From Sphaeroforma arctica JP610 (taxonomy: Eukaryota), in the NCBI RefSeq assembly GCF_001186125.1, contig NW_014040540.1:56075-111689 (forward strand): 55,615 bases of DNA, in the 5' to 3' direction. This document shows positions 1 through 49,614 of this stretch, piece by piece. Each line of letters opens with the position of its first letter. The first letter of the stretch is position 1. The translations under genes were made by a program, and so were the position numbers. The notes under the pieces are model-generated. The model did no database searches, was not told the DNA's origin, and saw only the letters and a list, made by a program, of their open reading frames with translations.

Positions 1-375
1 GTATATAGACGACACAGGATCACAGGTACACATGTGCACTTGTATATGTTTAGTTATAGCTATTATTATAATCTGGTTGTAGATGTGTATACATATTCAT
101 GCCTAGTGTAAAATATGCGTGAAGCTATACATGCATATGGTGATAGTCACGCACATATCAATATATGTGTGCATCGTAAACGAGGAATACAGATCATGAC
201 ACGCTCTATGTAGCACACGGCACACTCTTAACCGCACATGACGTATGATATCTACTGTACATCGAACTGCGACATTTATAGCACACAACAACCAATATCT
301 AACGCACGATGCTGTACCTGAAGTGTGCACACGGTATATTCACTACACCTTCGTCTTCTTTATGCTGCACAACAG

Positions 376-38254
<37,879 letters not shown>

Positions 38255-39901
38255 AAGTAGTGTGGCACGCGTGGGTCTAACTGGGGCAGTGCTCTCATAG
38301 AATAAAGCTAATATTATTATTCAGACCCTGAGTATATCTTGTGATTTTATTAGCCATGTGCTTCTATACACATCACTACTATAATGTATGAGTCACCGTG
38401 TGCGGCTACAGCTTCACTCAGCATAAACCTGTAACGAGACTGAAGCTACTCGCTTATTAAATATATGCCTAAGCACTTTTAGCTTGGAGACGGTTGCTTA
38501 GATTACGCTTGCGGTGAACCCAGTCCACTTCGTTTCCGTTAGACCCATGTAGCGTGCCTTCATATGATAGAACGTGCTCACCGCTACACCCAGCTGACCA
38601 CTATAGATCAAACTCAACATTGCAAAGATATGAAACTATCGATGTAGCGAAAACACTTGATCAGGCCAACACCAGTGCGTAGAACACACCCCCCGGGAGT
38701 ATTTCCGCACATTCGCCTGACACCTGTTGCATTCCTTGCATACATAGTTGCACACTCATTTACGTTGCGTAGAATGTCAGTGAGAAGACGACATACAGAC
38801 AAAAATAAGTTTTAGGCCCAGACATACGTCATTCTATATCACACCTGCAGCATCCCTTTACACAGATCCGAACGCTCTGGTGCACACGTGATGCACCCGA
38901 GCTCAGCGCCTGTAGATACCCGACATATGTACGTTTGGACGAAACTTTCAGCTCTCGGGAATGCAATTTCTGGATGTGGTAGGTTTTCGGCAAGGTATGA
39001 CAACATACTGTATGCCGCTGCAATTTATATTCTGGGTTCTAGCGCTTACCTCCTATTGCCAAAGCGATTGCGTTGCCCTGGGTACGATGACCGTATTGCG
39101 TTTATTTTGGGAGAGGTATGTATCCTTATTATAAAGTTTTTTTCACAGTTTGGCTACGATAGTATGTATTTTATTGTGTTCTATTGTGATATGTAAAGGT
39201 TGCGGTGCCGGTCAAAGCCGTCGCTCGCGGTCCTTGGTGCGGTTCTCATTAGATATCGTTAAAGCCCGATTAAAACGTGTTCAATCTTACAACTTCGGTT
39301 GAAGATCAACGTGCAAGTTATTGAACTATTCGAATTATCTTAACTTCGCAATTGTAGGCATGGCTATCCTCGGTCGCGGCGATTGGGTCGTTTATTCGTG
39401 GTAGTGGTGTAATGCAGACTGCTATGGATGTCGTAGCACTCGGACATGTGTCGATGAAAGACGGCAGCACATCTTTCGATACTAGATATTGCGACAGATT
39501 TGATAAGCGTGTGCTTTGCAATATTGAGCCGGGCTTTGTTTGCCTGTTAGTATCGTCTCTCGTTGAAGTTATATGCCCTTTCTAGTAACCCACACTGCTT
39601 CAAGAGCCTACAGCCGACGCGGCAGTGGCTCATTCGGCGTACACCCACTTCGCAGATAACCTCTACTTCCCACGAGCGTCTCTGGAAGCTCCATATCCAT
39701 TGAGTGGGAGCGTTGTTGTCGTGTTTATCACAAGTCACCGTATATATACTAGCACCATTCGTGACAGTATACCACGGAGAAAGTGTAGATATGTCGTGGT
39801 GTATATACTACATGTGCGCCAGTTTGTTAGTCTGCCTCGTCAACCCAGAGAGCGTTATAGTCTGGGGGAATCCAATACTCGCAGCAAGGACCGTAGTTGA
39901 C

Positions 39902-42189
39902 TCACCACATTGTAGTGTCGTATGTGTAGATGCTGTTTCCTGGGCCTGTAAATCTGAGAATGTCTCGATTCGTGTAGGTTTTGCCCTTTCCGGATGTGGA
40001 ATGTGCGTCGTTGCCCTCGCCGAACAAATCGTTTTCGTAGAAGGGGAAGTTTGGACTGATGGTGTTGTCTATCTCCCAGCAAACATCGTACACTGTGAAC
40101 CCTAGATCAGTCTCTTGCTTGCTAGGTGGATGTGTGGGGAATCCGTACATTACATCGCTAGCATCCTGATCTGAGTCCGCGTTTAGCGCTGACATCTGCC
40201 ACTGCATGAAGAGCCTGTTGGGCACAGCAGGATAGGTAGTAATGCATGAGTTTTCATTTTCCTGCATTCACATGATCCACTTCGCATACACGAAACAACG
40301 GTACTATACACTATTCTCAGCGAAATGGAGAAACACAAACAACAAACTTGAAGCATCACACACCGAGCAATCGTGGCGGAGCAGATTTAAATCGCTAAAC
40401 TCCTTGTCATGCTCAGTTTGTCGGTGTTTACTATTTATCTCATTTATCGTTGCGATATATACTCAAGTTCAGAAAGTCAAAAACACACCTGTCTATATTC
40501 GTGTGATGAAAAAGGAAGAAAGGATCGTTGATGGAAGTAGCAGCGTCTCGGAAATCGCCATTGACCCCCAAGGTACTCCTTGAACCAATCTGAAATGAAC
40601 AAGCCAAAAAATATTTCATTAGTATTTGAAGGGGTGGACACTATACAATGATGCACTGCTATATCGAAATTAGTATCTTCAGTATGTGTGTGCGCTTGCG
40701 TAGATCATTTATGATGTAGTTGTGCTCGTGTTAAATTGTGTACGTTTGCATCGTGAGCCAGGTACGATCTGGTTGTGTATATCATTATATTCATGGAATT
40801 TTGGTAGTAGAAAGTTCCCGCATACGTATACATGCCGTGAGCTCGTATAGTACACCTGCCATTGTACGAGGTTGCGATATCAGAGAACATATCTGGCTTG
40901 CGAATTCTTAAAAATATCACTCCACCTTTGTTTCCACTTACGTACATTGTGAAATGTGTATCTAACGCAGATGTTTCACATTGTGTGAATTTCCTATCAA
41001 TATTCCTTATCAATATCCGTATACCAACTGCCCACTTTAGTGAGACATGCGCATAAACACACAAAGCTTGCAAGAAAAATACCCGATAGGGTTCAAGCCG
41101 ACCACATAAAGGCATAAAGACCAGTACAAGAGGCTTGAACAACAATTATAATACGGACATCAAGACTGCCAAGTTTCATAACATACCTTGAGGTGGGCCT
41201 GTGAGTGTATGAAGCGAACGGTTTTCTTCTCCCCATCCTTGTAGTAAAAGCCAGCAGGTGGTCCATCAACTTCGTTCGAAACGTCTTCAGCATCCACACA
41301 ATTCACAAAGTGCTCAATATCGGCCACATAATCGAAACTCGAGCAGATATCATTGTCTTCCTTTGTTCCCTCAATCGTCTCGTCCATCTCGTAATTTGTG
41401 TAACTCAGCGTGCCTTTGGGAAATCGGGTCAGATAAGGACTATCTAGCTCATTACTACCTCGCCTATTGTAGCCTGTTGTGCTGCTGCCACTGTATATAT
41501 GCTGAAGTAGTCCATACTCTTTTTTGTCGAATTTAGTGACCGGCCAATAAGCGAATGCACCATCAGTGACTGCATAGTCCATCTCTTCGTTTCCCGTGTA
41601 GGACCCCAAGTAAGTATCTGAAAAGATATACTCATCGTCTCCTTCTCTGTACCTGCCACCATGACCCGCGTCCAAGGTTAGATCCCAGTACGGGAGAGCT
41701 TTGAATTCCGGGTTAATAGACAGAAGAATGTTTTCTGTTTCTAACATGAGCGCTCTGTGGTACGTAATAAAACACGGACCATAGTGTCCTTGGTCACCGC
41801 TGGGGTCTTCTGCTGCGACAGCATGTTTAGCCACCAGGTAGTCCCATGTGCGAAAGGCAGAACCGTACTTTTCTTGACCTGACGTACGCCGAAAATGAGA
41901 ATAAATAATTAGGCATATCGATCAAGGACAGAAAGAAATAGTGCCTAGCCCAAACTGAGCTCTACCAGACCAAATAAAGTGTTATGAACATGAATATGGT
42001 ACCTTCTTTGGTAGACAGGTTACGCATCTCCCACATTGCCTCGAATAGAGCCAACCTTTCGGATTCCGTGAGATCCCGTATCTCCCTGCGAACGCGTCTT
42101 CCAGGCTCACTCGCCTGTCGTGGCGAAGACAGTGCGCTTACCAGGCAGAAAGAGCATACTAGCACATTCATCAAGCTGAAAACCTTCAT
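39902..42189 (-). CDS. Secreted tyrosinase / type-3 di-copper oxidase, about 430 aa, 4 exons
   Basis: Exons 42189-42003, 41878-41187, 40589-40489, 40214-39902 with consistent phases. Features: signal peptide MKVFSLMNVLVCSFCLVSALS, RVRREIRDLT, CuA (KHA...GHYGPCFITYHR), LPYWD, CuB (IHSQAHLKIG...GDF...TSINDPFFLFHHTNIDRLFMQWQ), terminal YTYD. A possible donor GTGAGT at 39905 makes the 3' end slightly uncertain. Confidence 0.92.
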
Positions 42190-43161
42190 GCTAAATACTT
42201 TAAAAAATATGCTCGTCGAATTGTACAGATAATTCACAATGAGGTCAATAGAAAGTGTGCTGCGTGCTGATATACGACTTTTTCAAAACAAACTGTTCAC
42301 GCGAACGCCGAACTGTTCTATTTAAATCTGTACGTATTTATTGTTGCCTCCGGTGCTGCGGTGCGATGATGCGGGGGCCGGGGCTGGTCGCACTTTATTC
42401 TAATTCCAATAAAATATTGTCCGGGAGTCTCGATTTTGTTTTGAAATTAAAAATTCGGCAGACACTGCGCGCAAGGCTAAGGACACTAATACATTTTGTT
42501 TTGAAATTAATAAATATTAAGCGACAGCTGTGGCAAACTCCATGTAACTATTTATTAGTAAATATTTGTCAGTGATTTTTTTTGTATTTTTAAACAAAAA
42601 CATTCAAAAAGAAAACTATTTACTCATTCAGTGTCAGTGTGTCACGCTGCTGGGGATCTATTTTAGTATTTTTGTTTGTTTTTTAAAATTTAGGACTGTA
42701 TGTACAATTTACATACTGTCTGAGTAACTGGAGCCCTGAGCCCTGAGCCCTGAGCCCTGAGCCCTGAGGGGCATATATTTTTTAGAAAACATCGCTTCAC
42801 AAGACTTATCAGTGACATCACACTGCACATTTTTTTACAAATACAAGGGATGAATATTCTCTAAATACAATATTAACATTTTACTGGGATATATATATAC
42901 TTTATTGTTTTTAAAAAATAAATTCTACATTTCGTTTTATTGGATCGGTTTTGTTTTGTTTTGTTTTTGTTTTTGCTTAAAAAAAATATGGTCAGTAAAT
43001 ACTTATGTAAACAAATACATAATATTAATATTATTTTCTCAATAAAAACACGCATGTCTGTAAATGTACAGTGGGTCCTAACAACTTAACAACTTATCCA
43101 CTTTTTAGCTGTCCACTTTGATAGATCTCCTTTTCATTCGCATAGCGTGTTTTTTTTTATC

Positions 43162-43936
43162 CTAGTATTAATGGCTCATACAACATTAGTGTTCTCTACC
43201 AAAAACTACTTCAATTGGTCTGAAAATAATATTATACGCTTGATATCAATCAAACTCGTCTTATTTCTATCGTATACTGTATAGGCACGCAGCTATAGCT
43301 ACAGACGTTTGGTTTCTTTATCACAAAAGCTAGTATTTAATGGCTTATAAATTCGTGTTATCTACAAAAGATTACTTCAATTGGTCTGAATACAATATTA
43401 TACGCTTGATATCAATCAAACTCTTCTTAGTTCTATCGTATACTGTATAGGCACGCAGCTATAGCTACAGACGTTTGGTTTCTTTATCACAAAATCTAGT
43501 ATTTAATGGCTTATAAATTCGTGTTCTCTACAAAAGATTACTTCAATTGGTTTGAAAACAATATTATACGCTTGATATCAATCAAACTCTTCTTATTTCT
43601 ATCGTATACTGTATAGGCACGCAGCTATAGCTACAGACGTTTGGTTTCTTTATTACAAAATCTAGTATTTAATGGCTTATAAATTCGTGTTCTCTACAAA
43701 AGATTACTTCAATTGGTCTGAAAACAATACTATACGCTTGATATCAATCAAACTCTTCTTATTTCTATCGTATACTGTATAGGCACGCAGCTATAGCTAC
43801 AGACGTTTGGTTTCTTTATCACAAAATCTAGTATTTAATGGCTTATAAATTCGTGTTCTCTACAAAAGATTACTTCAATTGGTCTGAAAACAATATTGAA
43901 CACATAAAATAAATCAAACCCTCTCTTATTTCTATC
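43162..43936. repeat. 166-bp tandem array, about 4.7 nearly identical copies
   Basis: AATTGGTYTGAA at 43213, 43379, 43545, 43711, 43877. Confidence 0.95.
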
Positions 43937-44293
43937 ATTTATCACAAAAACACGGTATTTCGGAATGTTTTAAACAAATTTACGCACACAGCTTATGATA
44001 TACGCAAAGCTACATACTTAAAACCAAGACTAGCGCAACTAAACGCAAATATAAAAAGTGATACCTCGATAAGACCTCACAAATCCTCACTATGATACGT
44101 CCATTATGGTGTATTTCTGGCCTGGGGAGATTAATGGTTCATTTATAACATAACACATGATCCGATCAGCCGAAAACCTCTCGGTCAATCAGATTACCGC
44201 TAGAGGTGTTCACTCGATAGATGTCTCAATTCTTCCCTGTGACGGTCAGGGACAAGTCGCGACTCGCGAGGAGTCTAGGACCCACGGCCACAA

Positions 44294-45026
44294 TGATCTG
44301 ATCTGGTATGCGACAACGACACATCTCAAAGACATTGGTGTCGTTTATCAAAACGACATGTCGCATCGAAACTGGTTGTTTATGTAACGACATGTCGCAT
44401 TCATAAACGACATGTTTCGCGTTCATAAACGACGTGTCGCAGATGAAAACGACATGTCGGTTGACAGTTATGGTGTGACGGTTAGTATTTCAAGTGTTTG
44501 GAGACAGTAGAGATGTCAATTTTGTGGTGTGACGGTTGGTACTTTTGTCCTTGAAGTAACTGGCAGAAGGGCACGTCTGTTTTATCATTGTATCTGATGT
44601 TAAAGTTGAAGTAACACTGACGTAGTGATACTATGATAGACCGTGATATACACTTAATAACTATAGAATAATCACACCACATAGCTACACACATATACAG
44701 TTTATCAAAATATACTAAAAAATACTAATGTCAGCAAGGCCAAGTAGCAACTGAAACTCGACATACTAGCCCGCCCAACAAATAAAGGCGGTCGAACACG
44801 CAAATATGATATGATTAGCTGTCTTTAATATACGGGAATATCATTGAAACGTTGTTAAATGTTAAGATTAGGAACATATATAAAAAGGAAAATAGGGTCT
44901 GTCGAAATGATCAAATACGACCGTTGAGACCAATGCGACAACGACACGTCGCATTAATATTAGTGTCGTTTTCTAAAACGACACGTTTCATTCATTGCGA
45001 CACGTGTCGTTTACCAGATCAGACTA
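44294..45026. mobile_element. Non-autonomous TIR DNA transposon (MITE-like) with subterminal CGACAYGTCG repeats
   Basis: TCTGATCTGGTA (44297-44308) and TACCAGATCAGA (45012-45023) form a perfect 12-bp IR. ACGACAYGTCG motifs cluster near both ends (44310-44460, 44935-45010). No clear TSD. Confidence 0.6.
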
Positions 45027-47817
45027 TGATACATATACAGAATTTAAAATTTAAAATATGTTGTTCGTTTCTTTTTTTAAATCAATTCAGCTCTACTACT
45101 CTACTCTCTGCTCTAGAGAGCGAAAGAGATCATATTGTGTCTCAGAGACTCAAGAGACAGAGACATATTCAATGGTTCATAATCATAGCTCAGCTCAATA
45201 GTTAATACGTGAAGATATGTACGTTCCATTTCAGAAAGCTATGTAGGACTGGAGGGACATATATACGGTCAACGTAAATGCACGTCTGCGACCACTATGA
45301 CTGCGGCTCTCGAGTCTCGGCTGTGATGTAAAACGTTTTTTGGTGTCAAATTGAAATATGATAATATCCAAATATTTAAACTGATCGGGATGAGACTTGA
45401 GACTTGAGACTGGAGACTGTTGAGAGTGGTCAATGACAGTGGTGACTGGTGGTGAGTGGTGAGTCTGTCGGTCTGGTGCAGCCGCTCTGCTAGAGTCGGT
45501 AGTTCTGTAGCTTCTGTTACTCTGACACTTCCCGAGGGCCGGTCCACCGGTGCCATTGGTGTCCATTGTACATTGTGCGCCCCCATCCCCCGAGGAGAGA
45601 ATGCTCGATTGCTCTCTGCAGCGGCTGCACTCTGGCTGATTTTTTTTTTGATTTTTTGACTTTTTCAAAATTGGGACTATTTGTATTTATTGGTTTTTAC
45701 CGCTTACGTCTATAAATCTGATCGAGCTAAACAAAATAGATTTATGTATGTAACAAAATTGAAGAGTTGACACTTGATATATACATCAATAAAATTAATA
45801 AATAATAAATAATAATGCACTCTAGTCTGACTCCCTGAGATAAAATATCTTAAATCTACAACATTCATATGCCACTACGTCACCAGGAAGCACTACATAC
45901 TGCAGTCTTCAGAGTTCACTCGACTACAGTAGCACAGTCGTGAGTCGCGAGTCGTGAACTCGTGACTCGTTCGTGACTTGTGATTAAACCCAAAAGTCCT
46001 AAAATAGAAAACTATCAACTTCTTCGAATAAAAATGCTCTCGAATTTCTAGACAAGTTCTGTTTACTTTATTTTTATTTGTTTTTAAAATCAAAACAAAA
46101 ACAAAATAGATATATATAAAACTAAATTTTGAGGCCATGTATGATGATGATGATGGCCAATTGGCCATGTGCTTTTTTGATCTCAGTGCTTTTTTGATCT
46201 CAATCAGACAATCACACACAGGCTCTCAGCGGTCGCTAAAATAAAACACGGCTGGGACGCCGGGAGGATTGAAGGCGTATATTCATAGCGGTAATTTATC
46301 TGTTCATATTGACATTCACGCTTTTTTTTCTTTTTTCTTTTTTTAAATGCATCTATTTTTTTTCTATTTTCTTTATAAAACAAATGCAAAACAATATATA
46401 TTTTTCTAAAAATAAATAGCACCAGTGCTTCGAATTTCCTCTCGGTTGTATGGGTTTTTTTTAAATAAACTTTTTATGTAATTATATACAGTATTTCCTT
46501 CTTCTTTTTTATGCCTCTTGTATGTACTATGCAAATTTTGTTTTTGTTTTTAAAAAACAACAAAAAGGTAGAAGAACTGTAGAGGTCACGGACTCACGTG
46601 GGCTCCACGCTTGACGCTTGACGGTCAATCACGTCTCACTAAGTCCTCGGCAGGGCAGTCCAGCACACACGCACACACACATACACATGCACACCCTGAG
46701 GGCCAGGCCCAAGGTCAAGCTCAAGGGGGATCATATGACCCAGGGTTCAATACTGCTTGTGCGGGTGCAGGTACTTATGCACATCCAACAGCGAAGTGAA
46801 ACGACATAATAGAGCTTGCGCGAAGGAGCAGGCAGTCTGGTAGATGATCGCGGGTGTGGGTGGAGGGCAGTGTGCAAGCGTGTATGGGTGTGATAGTTTG
46901 CGTGTAGTTATCTGATTGGTCTTCTTGGTAGGAGCGTGTAGAGTCTTGGTATGGACGTGTGGCTATCTGAAAACAGTCTCAGTACAAGAGTGTAGTGTGG
47001 GTACGCATATATCATAAAGCCATAGGTAAGAGATATTGTCGATGTATTGTTTCGTGTTGATTTGTTTGTGTCTGTGAAAGTGTCGATGTCGATTTCTTCA
47101 AAGTGTGTTGGTTTCGTCAGTGCGGTGGGAGTTACCTATGAAAAGTTCTAGGGCTCTGTGGATGTGCTCGTGTTTGTGATTGGGAATCCTGACCAGCGCT
47201 TATACAACCATATTGTTTGTGTGTACATGTAAAAGTATCTGACTGTGTAAATGCAGAGTACCTGGCTCGTTGAGTGTGTACAAGATTGTGGGTGATGATG
47301 TATACCAAAGGCTGTCTTGGCAAGCTGTTAATCAGAGATTGTGAGATGATGTGCATGTCATAGCTGGGTGACAAATGAAAGCTTACATACGAGAATACAT
47401 TATTTATCAGACACACTAATATATATCTCTGGTCTCTTCTGTGTAATCAGAAACTGAAGAGCAAAGGAGGAAACAAGAAATGGCCGCGGCCCGAGAAAAG
47501 GTGAAAGGATATGCTATGTTGTATTTGAATAGCCTTGGGAACGTCATCGAGGATCGGTTCGATTTACGTAGATAAAATCATTCACTATTGTTTTCTTTCC
47601 GACTTTTCGAGAAAGAAAAGTTCCTGTACACATTCTGAGTGATGTCTGTCTCTCTCGATCATCCTTCCCCACCCATTTATAGGCAAACCTGTCTGGCCTG
47701 CGGGACGTACAGACCTTCACAATTTTGTCTAAGTTAGTCGTTAAGAGACAAGCTAGTAGTCATAAGTTAAGATTATGACCAAGAAAGGCAACACTCCTTC
47801 TAAGAAGGGTTTTAAAA

Positions 47818-49090
47818 ATGTTTGCAGACATGCCTAACGTGCAAGTCTATATAGATGACATAGTCATCTTTTCTAAGACTACAGGCGAACACGCCGCATT
47901 AGTCAGACAAGTCCTTAAGAGACTCAATGAGCAAAACTTCAAGATTAACGAGAAGAAATGCCACTTCGCAATGAGCAAAATACAGCTCTATATATCTGGG
48001 GGAAGGTATTAAGATCGACCCCGGTAAGGTAGAACACCTGTTAGATTAGCGAACACCAACTACAGGAAGAGATGTTAACAGCATGTGTGAGTTTGTAAAC
48101 TTCTTTTCAGATGGAGTACCACACTTAGCTGACTACCTTAAACTTTTTGGACACTTAAGATGTCATAAAGGCAAACTAGGAGACTTGTGGACTAAAGAGT
48201 GTGATGACGCATTCAAAGCGCTCAAACACGCAGTCCAACAAGCCTCAGTTGTACAAGGGCCAGTCGATGGCGTGCCGTTTAAAATAGCAACGGACGCATC
48301 AGGCTTAGCCTTAGGGATAATATTATTTATTTCAAAAATGGCAAGTATGTATGGTACAATGTATGAACATATGGTATGGCTCTCATAGTCGCTGTAGTGG
48401 TTCAGGAAAGATTGATGGGGAAAAGTGGTCAGTAAATTCCCATTTGAAGCTTGGGCCAAGTGAGTCGACAATGGACGATATGTGCTGAGTCAATTCGGGC
48501 CGGTATTGACAAAAAACGTTACTATCGAATGTTCCATATATTCTCTTGCTGACCTACTAAGTAGAGTACTCATCTCTGTGGTACGGATCGGGTCTGCGCC
48601 GTGTAGTGCCGCGGAATGGGTTAGTGCAGAGTACGAAATACCGAGAAGGACCAGGTTATCCGTCATAATCCGGTCGAGAAGCGAGGATGGGGGTAAGCCA
48701 ATGCCGCACCAGACCACGGATGAATTCGGTATGTGTTTCCTGGCCTGGATCGGAAGTATCATAGTGAGGAGTATTATATCAGGCTATAGATAACAAACCT
48801 AGGTATATACAATTCTTTAGTCGAGCAATGAATGCTTCACAGTTGAATTATCCAACTGTTAAACAAGAGCTATTCGCCATAGCGGCAGCTCTAACACACT
48901 TCCGAGATTACTTATACGGAACAGCATTTACGCTGATGTGTGATCAGAAATCTCTTCAATATATGAAAGAGATGAAACCCGGCTCGCAATTACTGAGTCG
49001 CTGGCATGATACAATATCAAAGTTTCATTTTGATAAAAAAACATCTGCCAGGTATACATAACTATTTACCGGATATGTTATCACGCTTCG
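47818..49090 (+). pseudogene. pol: Disrupted reverse transcriptase C-terminal part and RNase H
   Basis: Frameshift near 48000, in-frame stop near 48046, an insertion of about 450 bp at 48315-48765, and a frameshift in the A-run at about 49035. Confidence 0.9.
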
Positions 49091-49128
49091 TACCGGACTT
49101 TAATAAATCCGTACGTGAGTTACTAGCC

Positions 49129-49530
49129 ACTGACTGGAAGTGTAATCCCAGGTGGTTTGATCTAGCTCAAAAGATATATGGGCCACATACCATAGATATG
49201 TTTGCTGCACATCATAATGCACAACTATCGAATTACAGGACTTTAAATCATCCTATAGGAGACGCCTTTCAAATAGACCTCTCCCAACATAATGCGTGGG
49301 CTAATCCACCATGGCAGTTAATTGCCCAGCTATTAAATTATGTTCATATACATAAAGCTACCATCACGCTGTGTTGCCCAATATAGAGTAAAGATCCATG
49401 GCTCAATAAATTGATCAGCATGATTCAATGCGAGCCAATATATTTAAATAGGGAAGTAGATACTTTCCTATATTAGGGTACCCGAGCCGTCCAGAAGACG
49501 CCCTGGATACATACTATTATATGTCGTATA
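49129..49530 (+). pseudogene. DNA N6-adenine methyltransferase domain (phage Dam-like / DIRS MT-like) in frame with integrase
   Basis: TDWKCNPRWF...GPHTIDMFAAHHNAQL...DAFQIDLSQHNAWANPPWQLIAQLLNYV...ITLCCPI*SKDPW. DxFA SAM-binding motif, NPPW catalytic motif (49303-49314) and P-x-W-x-x-x-PW motif with W replaced by TAG. Same frame as ORF 49615 (49615-49006=609), with only two TAG stops (49384, 49474). Confidence 0.85.
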
Positions 49531-49614
49531 GGTCCCATTGGAACAACCAACTGGACTCCTTCTAAGATCTTCCTTAACAAGGTCAAAGAATCAGAGATTG
49601 CACTCTCTACCCAA

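Noticed and set aside
38600..39900. Exon-like fragments between the two convergent genes
   Set aside because: No consistent spliced ORF or recognisable motif could be built.
40705..41145. 146-aa minus-strand ORF
   Set aside because: It lies wholly within tyrosinase intron 2, and the CuB motif splices cleanly across it.
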